IMG/VR virus record: IMGVR_UViG_3300032321_000847
Coordinates: 1 to 31,957 of that record
DNA: 31,957 nt
Strand: one strand, 5' to 3'
Origin: a virus
Lineage: Duplodnaviria > Caudoviricetes
The notes below the pieces were generated by a model. That model searched no databases. It saw nothing but the letters and a program-made list of their open reading frames with translations, and was not told the origin of the DNA. Below, piece after piece: positions 24,690-31,957 of the stretch (the stretch's first letter is position 1; every line of letters starts with the position of its first letter). The position numbers and the translations under genes were made by a program.

Positions 24690-25087
24690 TACTTGACGCC
24701 CCAGTTGCCGTTCCTGAGCACGAGACCCACCGAGCACTTGCGCGACGAGAAGTCCGTGAGCGTGCCGGCAGCCGAGCGCGTACGGATGCCAAACGTAATT
24801 CCCACGTTCGTGCCCTCGTTCGCGAGGGCGCCAACGGTCGCATACGCGCCGTCGTTCGCCGTGTCGTCGATCTCCCCGCCCGCGCGGATGACCTTCACAA
24901 AGGGATCCTTGAGCGCGACGGTGATTAGCCCCGTTCCCGTCCTCGTGAGAGATAGGATGGTGTCGATGCCCGCGCCGTCGAGCGACGTGAGCGCAGGGTT
25001 GGATGTCCCGTTGAGCGTGAAGAAGAAGTCGAGGTAGACCCGACCGCTTCCGTACGACATAGAAGGGTAGAAAGTGCGATTCGCCAT
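24689..25087 (-). CDS. Probable capsid decoration/minor head protein
   Basis: Directly after the capsid gene; Gly/Thr-rich beta composition. Confidence 0.65.
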   Translation of the reverse strand: MANRTFYPSMSYGSGRVYLDFFFTLNGTSNPALTSLDGAGIDTILSLTRTGTGLITVALKDPFVKVIRAGGEIDDTANDGAYATVGALANEGTNVGITFGIRTRSAAGTLTDFSSRKCSVGLVLRNGNWGVK

Positions 25088-25100
25088 GGTGGACCGCCTT

Positions 25101-26321
25101 TCAGAGGGTGAAGACGGCGTTCCAGCCGGGGGCTTCGCAGGTGAGGTTCCCGTAGTAGCCGACGCGGATGATGTACGCGTCTGCCGTGGCGTCGCGGAGC
25201 ATGTCCTGACCGTCGAGGTTCAGGATCTTCGGCGCGCCGCCAAGCGACTCGAAGGTCCACGTATCGAGCTGGAGCATGTACCCACGGCCGCGCGGGCAGT
25301 TGAGGTCCGCGAGGACCTTCATGGGACCGGCAGGCCCCATCAGCTTGACCGCCTCGAAACCGATGTCCGGCATGTCGAAGCTCCTGGAGCGGTCGTAGAG
25401 GACCTTGCCCGAGAGCGCCTTGATGAGGTTGGCGTAGTCGAGCGGGTTCAGGAAGACCGTGTCAGGCCGCGAACCCTCGCGAACAAGTAGCGCCGCGGTG
25501 TCGATCAAGATCTCCTCGATGGGCCCGCCCGAGCCGGCCGAGTACCGGACGCCGCCGAGGCGGACCGGATCGGTGGAGCGGTCGAGACCGAAGAAGGCCG
25601 TTGACGTCGGCGTCGTGCTCGGGATCCAGGCGCCGAGGCCCGCTAGCATCGAGTTGTTGGAGACGTTATCGCCTTCCTGAAAGATAAAGTCGTTCGCCGC
25701 CGCCGTGGCAATGCCCGCCGTCCAGTTGCCGGACGCGGTGACCGTGCCGGTGACGCGGTCGACGCCTGTGACCTGCACGCGGCCCGCCTTGAGAGATCCG
25801 GACGTACCGTCCGCGGTCGACGTCTTGAGGTACATGCCGACCTCAAAGTTGACCGTGTCCTCCGGACGCGTGAGCGTGACGGTTGCGGTTGCCTGACCGC
25901 TGGCGATCTGCCCGCGCGCACCACCGCCGTTGCCGAAGAGGTTGACCGCGATCGAGCGCGTCGCCGTGTAGATAGCGCCGTCGATCTCGTTCTTCAGCCC
26001 CTGGAGCAGCGAGCCCGCGTCCTTGGCCGATGCCTCGACCGCCTCGCCGAAGACGCGCGCAAACGCGTAGTCACGGGAGCGCGTGACCGTGAAGCGGTTG
26101 TAGACAGACGGCGAGACGTTCGCGATCGCCGTCGTGAAGTCAGCGCCGCGCCCCTGGGGCTGGCCATTGCGGATGGCGACAACCTTGTTGACGCCGAGGA
26201 AGTCCGTTCGCTTCTTGACCATCGCCCAAAACGGGTTCTTGTCGTAAGCGAGGGTGTTGACCTTCTTCTGGGTGTACTGGACCTTGAGAACCGCGGTAAG
26301 CGCGGTGAGATCGAGAGACAT
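25101..26321 (-). CDS. Major capsid protein
   Basis: 406 aa following the scaffold; LKVQY, NLFGNGGG, FFGLDRS and RVGYYGNL features; gene order. Confidence 0.85.
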   Translation of the reverse strand: MSLDLTALTAVLKVQYTQKKVNTLAYDKNPFWAMVKKRTDFLGVNKVVAIRNGQPQGRGADFTTAIANVSPSVYNRFTVTRSRDYAFARVFGEAVEASAKDAGSLLQGLKNEIDGAIYTATRSIAVNLFGNGGGARGQIASGQATATVTLTRPEDTVNFEVGMYLKTSTADGTSGSLKAGRVQVTGVDRVTGTVTASGNWTAGIATAAANDFIFQEGDNVSNNSMLAGLGAWIPSTTPTSTAFFGLDRSTDPVRLGGVRYSAGSGGPIEEILIDTAALLVREGSRPDTVFLNPLDYANLIKALSGKVLYDRSRSFDMPDIGFEAVKLMGPAGPMKVLADLNCPRGRGYMLQLDTWTFESLGGAPKILNLDGQDMLRDATADAYIIRVGYYGNLTCEAPGWNAVFTL

Positions 26322-26376
26322 GGACGACTCCGAGGCTGGTGGTCATTGGCCACCGCGCTCGCGTGTCGTCGCTCGG

Positions 26377-27366
26377 CTACACAGCTCGCTTTGCGGAATA
26401 GGCGGACTCCAGAATACGGAGGGCCTCCGCGTCGGCGTCTTCCTGCGACCATTCTCGCGCAGGAGTGGCTTTCGCGCTGGCAGCCCGCGACGTCAGCGTG
26501 CGCGGACTATCGGCCCTCACCGTTGGCCTGCTGCGAGTCTCACCGCTGGAATCGCCCTTACCGGGCTGTAGTGCGGGCTTACCGATTCGGCCCCGCCATG
26601 CCGCCCGCTCTTCCGCTCGTGCCTTTGCCTGGCCTTCCAGGTACTCGGCAATCACAGAATCATCGGGCCACTCGCCGAAGCGAGTGAAGTAATCTTGACC
26701 GTGCTTCTTCGCCACGGCAAGTGCCTCTTTGGCAATCTCGGAAGGCGTGTACTCCTCCACGAGATTCGGATACGCGTCGGCCTGCGTCGCCACGTGGTCC
26801 AAGAACACGCGTTGCGCGCTCTCAACCTGCGCCTCGGCCTGTTGTGCCTTCAGCGCGGCGACTTCTTGCTCGCGCGACGCCTGGAGTTCGGCGACCTGCT
26901 TGCGGAGCGCCTCTACCTCGCTCTGCACCTCGGTGCGGACGCGCTGGGCGATAGCTTGCGGCTCGTGCTCGTTGGCGAGCGACTCGAGGAACGCCTTGGG
27001 CTCAAGCTCGGCCAGCTCCATGAGCTTGGAGGGCGAATGCTTGGCGGCCTTCACGCGCTCGGCCAGCTTGGTGATCTCGACCAGCTCCGCCTTCTGCCGC
27101 TCGATGTCGGCGCGGATGCTGTTCAGCTCGGCTCGCTCCTGAGCAGACCGCAGCTCGGCGCGCTTGGCCGCGAGCAGACGCGAGGCGATGCGCGGGTCTT
27201 CCTTCTCCGCGGGCTTCTCCTCGGGCTCCTTGACCGCCTCAGGGGATTCCTTCGGCGCCTCGGTCTTCTCGGGCTCGCCGAACACTTCGCGCGCCGCGTC
27301 CTCCAGTGCACTGGTCGTAACGGGCTGGATGTCCTTCGCGTCGACAGTCTCGGGAACGTCCATCAC
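26377..27366 (-). CDS. Capsid scaffolding protein
   Basis: Acidic, coiled-coil, located between portal and capsid. Confidence 0.75.
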   Translation of the reverse strand: MMDVPETVDAKDIQPVTTSALEDAAREVFGEPEKTEAPKESPEAVKEPEEKPAEKEDPRIASRLLAAKRAELRSAQERAELNSIRADIERQKAELVEITKLAERVKAAKHSPSKLMELAELEPKAFLESLANEHEPQAIAQRVRTEVQSEVEALRKQVAELQASREQEVAALKAQQAEAQVESAQRVFLDHVATQADAYPNLVEEYTPSEIAKEALAVAKKHGQDYFTRFGEWPDDSVIAEYLEGQAKARAEERAAWRGRIGKPALQPGKGDSSGETRSRPTVRADSPRTLTSRAASAKATPAREWSQEDADAEALRILESAYSAKRAV

Positions 27367-29216
27367 ATCACCGGGGGCGCCATGTCAGGCGGCGGCATCG
27401 GCCCGGGAGGCATCCCAGGCGGCATGGGCGGAGGCATCGGGCCTCCAGGGGACATCGCCATGGGGTCCATCGGCGCAGCCATCGGATCCATCGGCGGACC
27501 AGGCGGAGGCGGCGGGGGCGCCATGAAGTCCTGCGAGTCCGCCATGTAGCGGCGCAGCAGCTCCAAGCGGTCCTCGCCCACGTTATCGAGGCGCGCGCAG
27601 TGGTACGCCTCGTTGACAAGCTTGAGCGCCAACGCGTGGTTGTCGAACGGCTCCGGCGAGACGAACTCGCCGGTGCGTAACATGTGGTCAACGTTCCGCT
27701 CGATGAGCTTGCGCGCCGCATTCTTCCGCCGCGCATACTGCTCGGTGTCCGGGAAGTCGACGATGTCGAGGACGTCCTCAGGCGGGATGGCCTGCGAGTT
27801 GATCATGTCCTGCGCCCACGCGAGCTTGCCGGCCGGCGTACTAGGCAACATCGACGTGGGGTAGACGCGGATGACGTACTCTTCGTCATCCAGGTCGATC
27901 TCTGCCCAGCTGATGAGCGTGATGCCGCGCTTGTCGACGCTTCGGACCTTATACGATCCGCCGATACGCTTGGCGCACCGCACAACCTGCCGCGCGGCCT
28001 CGACTACGAACTCCTCGTAGTCCTGCCCGACCTCAAGAAAGCGCTCTGTCTGGATGTCCTGGTACGCGCGCTGCGCCGCTCCGGAGTTGAGCCCCGCGGG
28101 CTTCTGCCCCGTCGCGTTGAGTTGCGAGATGCCGCTGATCTCGAACGCCTTGGCGTAGAGCCGCTCGAGGTGCTGATAGACCTCCGCACTGATGATGTTC
28201 GGCGAGAGGTACGTGGGCGGAGTGCCCGTGTACTTTACAATCGCCGCAAGGTCGTTGTTGAGCGACGAGGTCTGTACTTTCGCGCCCTGCTCAACCAGGT
28301 AGTGGCCCTTGATGAGGTGGTGCGCCTTCTGGATCTCGATGAGAAGCTTGTTGATCTCCTCCTGAATCCCGCGCAATTCCTCGGCGAGCCCGACACCCCA
28401 GAAGCCAACGAGCGGTCGCGACCAATGCAGGAACGAGAAAGGGAAGTCCCCTTCCCACTCCTCGTCAAGGAACGTCGCGCCATCGACGCATATGACGTGG
28501 CGGCCCTTCTTGTCGCGAGTCTCGCCCTTGTGCCAGACCTCATAGACCATGAGCTGATCGGCCTGACTCTGAAACGAGGCCGCGATGTCCTCGGTCTCGC
28601 GCGGCACGCGGTCTACGAGCGCCTGCAGCTCGGCATCTTCAGCGCACCACGTGGCCTTCACCACGCGTCGATCGATGTACTTCGTCTGACCGAGGTTCGG
28701 CGGATCGCCGTACTGGCCCTCGATGTCGTCGACCACCAACTCGGTCTTGAGGACCGGCTCCACCACGACGCGCTCGCCGTCCTCGTAAATCTTGAGGCAC
28801 CCGGTGCCAAACACGCACGCATGGCGGAACACGCTGGGCAGCAGCGGGTAGACGCCCGACTCGTAGAACACGCCGTCAACGAACTTCTCGAGGCGCTCGG
28901 CCTTGAGCCGCTTGTCGTAGTCGCCCTCGACGGTGAGGAACGTCGGCTTGGGCTTGTTCTTCGCGGCAATCTTGCTCGACGCCGCGCCGATCATGTTGCG
29001 CACGACGTTCAACGACAGTCGCGATGGCGACACGTTTCGCTGCGCCACACTGCCGAGACCAAGGCCAGCGAGCGGAATGTTGCCGTAGAGGCTGGCGTGG
29101 AGCAGGTCGCTGAACTTCTGCGCGGCCTGCGCATCGCGGACCGAGCGCACCCAGCGCACGACGCCATCGTGAGCCTGGCCCTCGGGCTCCTCGTACCAGG
29201 GCCGCGCGTCGCTCAA
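27363..29216 (-). CDS. Portal protein
   Basis: 617 aa; SLNVVRNMI, ACVFGTG, FWGVGLAEELRGIQEEINKL, GLNSGAA; Pro/Met tail; TTG start overlapping the upstream stop. Confidence 0.88.
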   Translation of the reverse strand: MSDARPWYEEPEGQAHDGVVRWVRSVRDAQAAQKFSDLLHASLYGNIPLAGLGLGSVAQRNVSPSRLSLNVVRNMIGAASSKIAAKNKPKPTFLTVEGDYDKRLKAERLEKFVDGVFYESGVYPLLPSVFRHACVFGTGCLKIYEDGERVVVEPVLKTELVVDDIEGQYGDPPNLGQTKYIDRRVVKATWCAEDAELQALVDRVPRETEDIAASFQSQADQLMVYEVWHKGETRDKKGRHVICVDGATFLDEEWEGDFPFSFLHWSRPLVGFWGVGLAEELRGIQEEINKLLIEIQKAHHLIKGHYLVEQGAKVQTSSLNNDLAAIVKYTGTPPTYLSPNIISAEVYQHLERLYAKAFEISGISQLNATGQKPAGLNSGAAQRAYQDIQTERFLEVGQDYEEFVVEAARQVVRCAKRIGGSYKVRSVDKRGITLISWAEIDLDDEEYVIRVYPTSMLPSTPAGKLAWAQDMINSQAIPPEDVLDIVDFPDTEQYARRKNAARKLIERNVDHMLRTGEFVSPEPFDNHALALKLVNEAYHCARLDNVGEDRLELLRRYMADSQDFMAPPPPPPGPPMDPMAAPMDPMAMSPGGPMPPPMPPGMPPGPMPPPDMAPPVM

Positions 29217-29452
29217 CCGAGCCTCGACATGAGCGCGCCGACGTCAGCACCCGACGAGTGCAGGAGCGTCTCCAGCGTGCGCCGCGCCTCGTCACGCGAG
29301 TCGGTTGGCGCCTCGGCATCAAACGTCACCGGACGAGCAGGAGGCGGTGCGTCCAGCTCGACGCGGATCTCGCCAACGCACAGCGCACGCGGCGTGAGCT
29401 TTCGCTCCTGACACCACGTGAACAGGGCCGACAACATGTCGAGTTCCGCCAC
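29213..29452 (-). CDS. Small hypothetical protein upstream of portal
   Basis: Coupled to the portal start; first gene of the leftward structural unit. Confidence 0.65.
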   Translation of the reverse strand: MAELDMLSALFTWCQERKLTPRALCVGEIRVELDAPPPARPVTFDAEAPTDSRDEARRTLETLLHSSGADVGALMSRLG

Positions 29453-29481
29453 GCCTATCCAACTAGCTTGACGCCGTCTGG

Positions 29482-29508
29482 ATTACTGCGCTGATTCCGC
29501 GCAGTCAT
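29482..29508. promoter_or_regulatory. Inverted repeat ATTACTGCGC-N7-GCGCAGTCAT in the divergent intergenic region
   Basis: 9/10 symmetric arms, next to TTGACG at 29468. Confidence 0.5.
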
Positions 29509-29537
29509 TCCTAGTGCGTCATGGTAGCTAAGTGAGA

Positions 29538-29729
29538 ATGAGGGATTCCGCAGTCCGATGCGACGCAGGTATCAGCCTGCGGAACGCCGCGCGGCTTCTC
29601 AAAGTGTCTGACAACACCCTCCGCATGTACGAGATAGACCCGTTCGCGGTGCGGAATGCCAAGCGGCGAGAGCGGATTGCCGCGTTCTACTCCAGGCTCC
29701 GCGCGTTCCTGTCCGAGGTGGCAGCGTGA
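29538..29729 (+). CDS. XRE-type HTH protein
   Basis: RCDAGISLRNAARLLKVSDNTLRMYE; start uncertain (29532 or 29538). Confidence 0.7.
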   Translation: MRDSAVRCDAGISLRNAARLLKVSDNTLRMYEIDPFAVRNAKRRERIAAFYSRLRAFLSEVAA

Positions 29730-29893
29730 AGTGTCTCAAGCTGGAAAAAGAGCCAATGCTTGGCGATGAGGTGGAATCCGGCTGGCATGTTGTCGCGGTC
29801 AACCGGCCAGACAAGCTCCTGTCTGTCGCTCGGCTCGGGGATGCCCAGGACGTCAAGCGGTGGCGTCTTCGCGCCTACGAGATCGCAGCCTGA
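29726..29893 (+). CDS. Small hypothetical protein (55 aa)
   Basis: Read from the sequence; GAGG SD; GTGA and TGATG overlaps. Confidence 0.6.
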   Translation: MKCLKLEKEPMLGDEVESGWHVVAVNRPDKLLSVARLGDAQDVKRWRLRAYEIAA

Positions 29894-30306
29894 TGGAACT
29901 CATCTTCCGCGCGATGGCCGAGACAGATCGCAACTTCGTGTTGTCGTCCTGGCTCCGGACGTACGCGCACTCAGGCGAGGTCAAGCACACCTACGAAGAG
30001 CGCGTGGACGACTACTACCGAGATTATGAGCCCGTGGTGAAGGCGCTGATAGCCCGCTCACAGGTCATCTGCGCCGTCCTGCCAGAGAACCACGACGTGG
30101 TTGTTGGCTGGGTCTGTCTCGAGGACGACACGATCCATTACGTGCTGGTCAAGCCGCGGTTCCGCGAATGCGGCATCGCTGGCCAGCTTCTCGACGGCAT
30201 GGACGCCATGCCGCTCGCCTACACGCATCGGACGGGGCCCGCGTTCCGTCGCCTCCGCTTCCCCACCACCTGGGCCTTCAGGCCCTTCCGAAGGTACGCC
30301 GCATGA
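29893..30306 (+). CDS. GNAT-fold acetyltransferase-like protein
   Basis: IFRAMAETD, VVGWV, and IHYVLVKPRFRECGIAGQLL (acetyl-CoA-binding motif A-like). Confidence 0.8.
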   Translation: MELIFRAMAETDRNFVLSSWLRTYAHSGEVKHTYEERVDDYYRDYEPVVKALIARSQVICAVLPENHDVVVGWVCLEDDTIHYVLVKPRFRECGIAGQLLDGMDAMPLAYTHRTGPAFRRLRFPTTWAFRPFRRYAA

Positions 30307-30506
30307 AGCTCTCTCAGATTCTCACCGTCCACGCCGTCGGCATCCCCGGCGCGCTCCAGCCGCACACCAACCACATCAGCGCCGAGCGCCACCACGTCGA
30401 GCTCGAAACCGGCCCCGAGGGCGTGGCCATCAAGTCCGCGCGCGGCTCGGTGCTCGTGCCGTTCGCGAACGTGGTGCACATGGTGCCGGTGGAGGCGAAG
30501 AAGTGA
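30303..30506 (+). CDS. Small beta-rich hypothetical protein
   Basis: ATGA overlap; ends VLVPFANVVHM. Confidence 0.7.
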   Translation: MKLSQILTVHAVGIPGALQPHTNHISAERHHVELETGPEGVAIKSARGSVLVPFANVVHMVPVEAKK

Positions 30507-30508
30507 CA

Positions 30509-30661
30509 ATGACCGACGCCGAGCGCATCGCCGCCCTGGAGGCGCAGGTAGCGGACCTGCGCGTCAGCGTCGCCCGCGCGCTCTCGGCGTCGTCCAGCGA
30601 GGTCGACGAGCTGCGCCGCACAGTGGCGCTGCTCGTAAGCAAGGCGAGGCACACGCGATGA
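30509..30661 (+). CDS. Small coiled-coil protein
   Basis: MTDAERIAALEAQVADL; SD GGAGG upstream; ATGA overlap downstream. Confidence 0.65.
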   Translation: MTDAERIAALEAQVADLRVSVARALSASSSEVDELRRTVALLVSKARHTR

Positions 30662-30897
30662 CCGAGCGCTTCCGCGCGCGCATCGACATCACGCCCGTCG
30701 TCGAGGTGCCGCTCACGCAACACCTGCCGGTCGGCTGCGCCACGAGCTTCCTGACGGCGCAAGAAGCGCTGCGGTGCCGCCACGTCCTACGCTGGATCGT
30801 CGATGGACGCGAGGCCGTGCAGACCATCGAGATCACCCACCGCGCCATGGTCGCCATCCTTGCGGAGCTTGCCGAGCACGGCTGGCCCGAGGGCTAA
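30658..30897 (+). CDS. Hypothetical protein
   Basis: GAGG SD; stop overlaps the convergent terminase stop. Confidence 0.65.
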   Translation: MTERFRARIDITPVVEVPLTQHLPVGCATSFLTAQEALRCRHVLRWIVDGREAVQTIEITHRAMVAILAELAEHGWPEG

Positions 30898-31957
30898 GCC
30901 TGCCACCAGTCGCGCTCCTGCCGCTCGCGCTCCTCGTCTTCGGCTAGCTCCATGAGCCGCGCCTCGTGGTCGAGGAGGGCCTGCTGGTGGGTCGGCGGGG
31001 CAGGCGGCGGGGCCTCGTGGTACGCGCTCGCGGCTCGCCAGGCGTAAAGCGTGGCGTCCGAGCAATGGTTGTCGAACCCCTCGGCCTCCTTGGCGTGGTC
31101 CTCGGTCCATGGCAGCTCGCGCCACTCGGCCACGAGCTCGGCGCAGCGGTCCGGGTCGACCTTGACGCGTCCGCGCTCGAGGTCGCCGTTGAGGAGCGCG
31201 ATGTAGCCGCGCTTGTTGAGCTTGTCGGCCGGCTCGATGGGTAGCTGGAAGCGTCGCCGCGCCTCCTCGGCGTAGCCCTTCCCAAGGCCGCCGACGTCGC
31301 CCACGATGCGGACGGGCGAGTAGCGCCGCGACAGGGCATGGACCTCCTCGGCGGCATCGCTGGGCGTCAGGCCCGTGCGCTTGTACGCCTCGACGACGTA
31401 CACGCTCGGGTCGTGCTCACGCCAGCCGAGGACAGCGAAGGCCGTCGCGTCGGTGTAGCCGTAGTCCACGCCGACGAGGTGCGTTGTCAGCGCGGGCGGC
31501 GTGGCGGTGTTGCGGTCCTCGGCGTAGCGGTACACGAGCCCGCCGGCGTCGCGGGTCCAAACGCCGTCGAGGAGTTGCTTGCGCGTCGTGCTGTCGAGCA
31601 TGTCGAGCGCCTCACGGTAGGCCACCGCATCGACGTGCGGGTTGTCGACGAGCGCAGCGGGGACGAACGCCGCCGGCCCGTCGAGGAACCGCCGCTTGAC
31701 CCACTCGTGGCCGATGCCTCCGGGGTTGGACGCCGAACGCATGCGGAGCGGCGTCGTGCTGCCCTCGGGCCGGCGTAGGCGGCTCATCAGGTATCGGTAT
31801 GGCTGCTCCGGCCATTGGGTCAGTTCGTCGATGCCGATGAACTGGAACTCCGCGCCCTGGTACCTGTACACGTCGCGCGAGGTCTCGCAGTAGCCGAACT
31901 GAAGCACTGCGCCGCTCGGGAAGGTCCACCGCTTCTCCGTGCCGTTCCAGCTCGCCC
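30894..31957 (-). CDS. terL: Terminase large subunit (5' part outside the window)
   Basis: Walker B FIGIDEL, coupling motif SASNPGG, nuclease VGVDYG and DNHCSDA; frame open to the right edge. Confidence 0.93.
   Translation of the reverse strand, partial: ASWNGTEKRWTFPSGAVLQFGYCETSRDVYRYQGAEFQFIGIDELTQWPEQPYRYLMSRLRRPEGSTTPLRMRSASNPGGIGHEWVKRRFLDGPAAFVPAALVDNPHVDAVAYREALDMLDSTTRKQLLDGVWTRDAGGLVYRYAEDRNTATPPALTTHLVGVDYGYTDATAFAVLGWREHDPSVYVVEAYKRTGLTPSDAAEEVHALSRRYSPVRIVGDVGGLGKGYAEEARRRFQLPIEPADKLNKRGYIALLNGDLERGRVKVDPDRCAELVAEWRELPWTEDHAKEAEGFDNHCSDATLYAWRAASAYHEAPPPAPPTHQQALLDHEARLMELAEDEERERQERDWWQA

Larger units (their letters stand above)
1..31957. mobile_element. Temperate bacteriophage genome segment (lambdoid control region, podovirus-type virion module), apparently in non-integrated form
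   Basis: Terminase, portal, capsid, integrase, repressor/cro and lysozyme are all present. Phage genes lie on both sides of the att core and no host housekeeping genes are seen. Confidence 0.97.

Noticed and set aside
27363-27530. Pro/Met-rich repeats at the portal C-terminus
   Set aside because: Low-complexity tail of a kind common on portals; no exact DNA repeat unit.
27684-29411. Long antisense ORFs (575 aa here; also 1155-2459, 3786-4775, 6052-7023, 15231-16109)
   Set aside because: Shadow frames of GC-rich genes with no recognisable motifs or SD, unlike the HNH case.
1-31957. Host assignment (e.g. Myxococcota)
   Set aside because: High GC and lipoproteins are compatible with a GC-rich diderm host, but the taxon cannot be fixed without searching the att core and proteins.

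Overview
The whole window is part of a GC-rich temperate tailed-phage genome with a lambda/P22-like layout; no host genes are present. Left arm (+ strand): a cro/repressor switch with four related 16-bp operators, an early operon (ERF recombinase, Fe-S PD-(D/E)XK exonuclease, a protein with an SSB-like tail, an anticodon-less tRNA-like RNA, xis, tyrosine integrase), an intact attP matching the 3' half of tRNA-Phe(GAA) with arm-type repeats on both sides, and small accessory genes. Right arm (- strand): partial large terminase, portal, scaffold, major capsid, adaptor, nozzle, three ejection-type proteins, an IPT/TIG+LamG adhesin, lysis genes, a DNA methyltransferase and a metallophosphoesterase. 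No tape measure or tail tube is evident, which suggests a podovirus. Most striking: a complete HNH endonuclease gene lies antisense entirely inside the methyltransferase gene, filling the gap between two conserved MTase motifs while the MTase frame stays open and no intein or intron signature is visible. Also notable are the tRNA mimic in front of xis-int, a triplicated S74 autocleavage motif in an ejection protein, and an inverted HTH/GNAT cassette between terminase and portal. All product calls come from motif recognition by eye and gene order; no searches were run.
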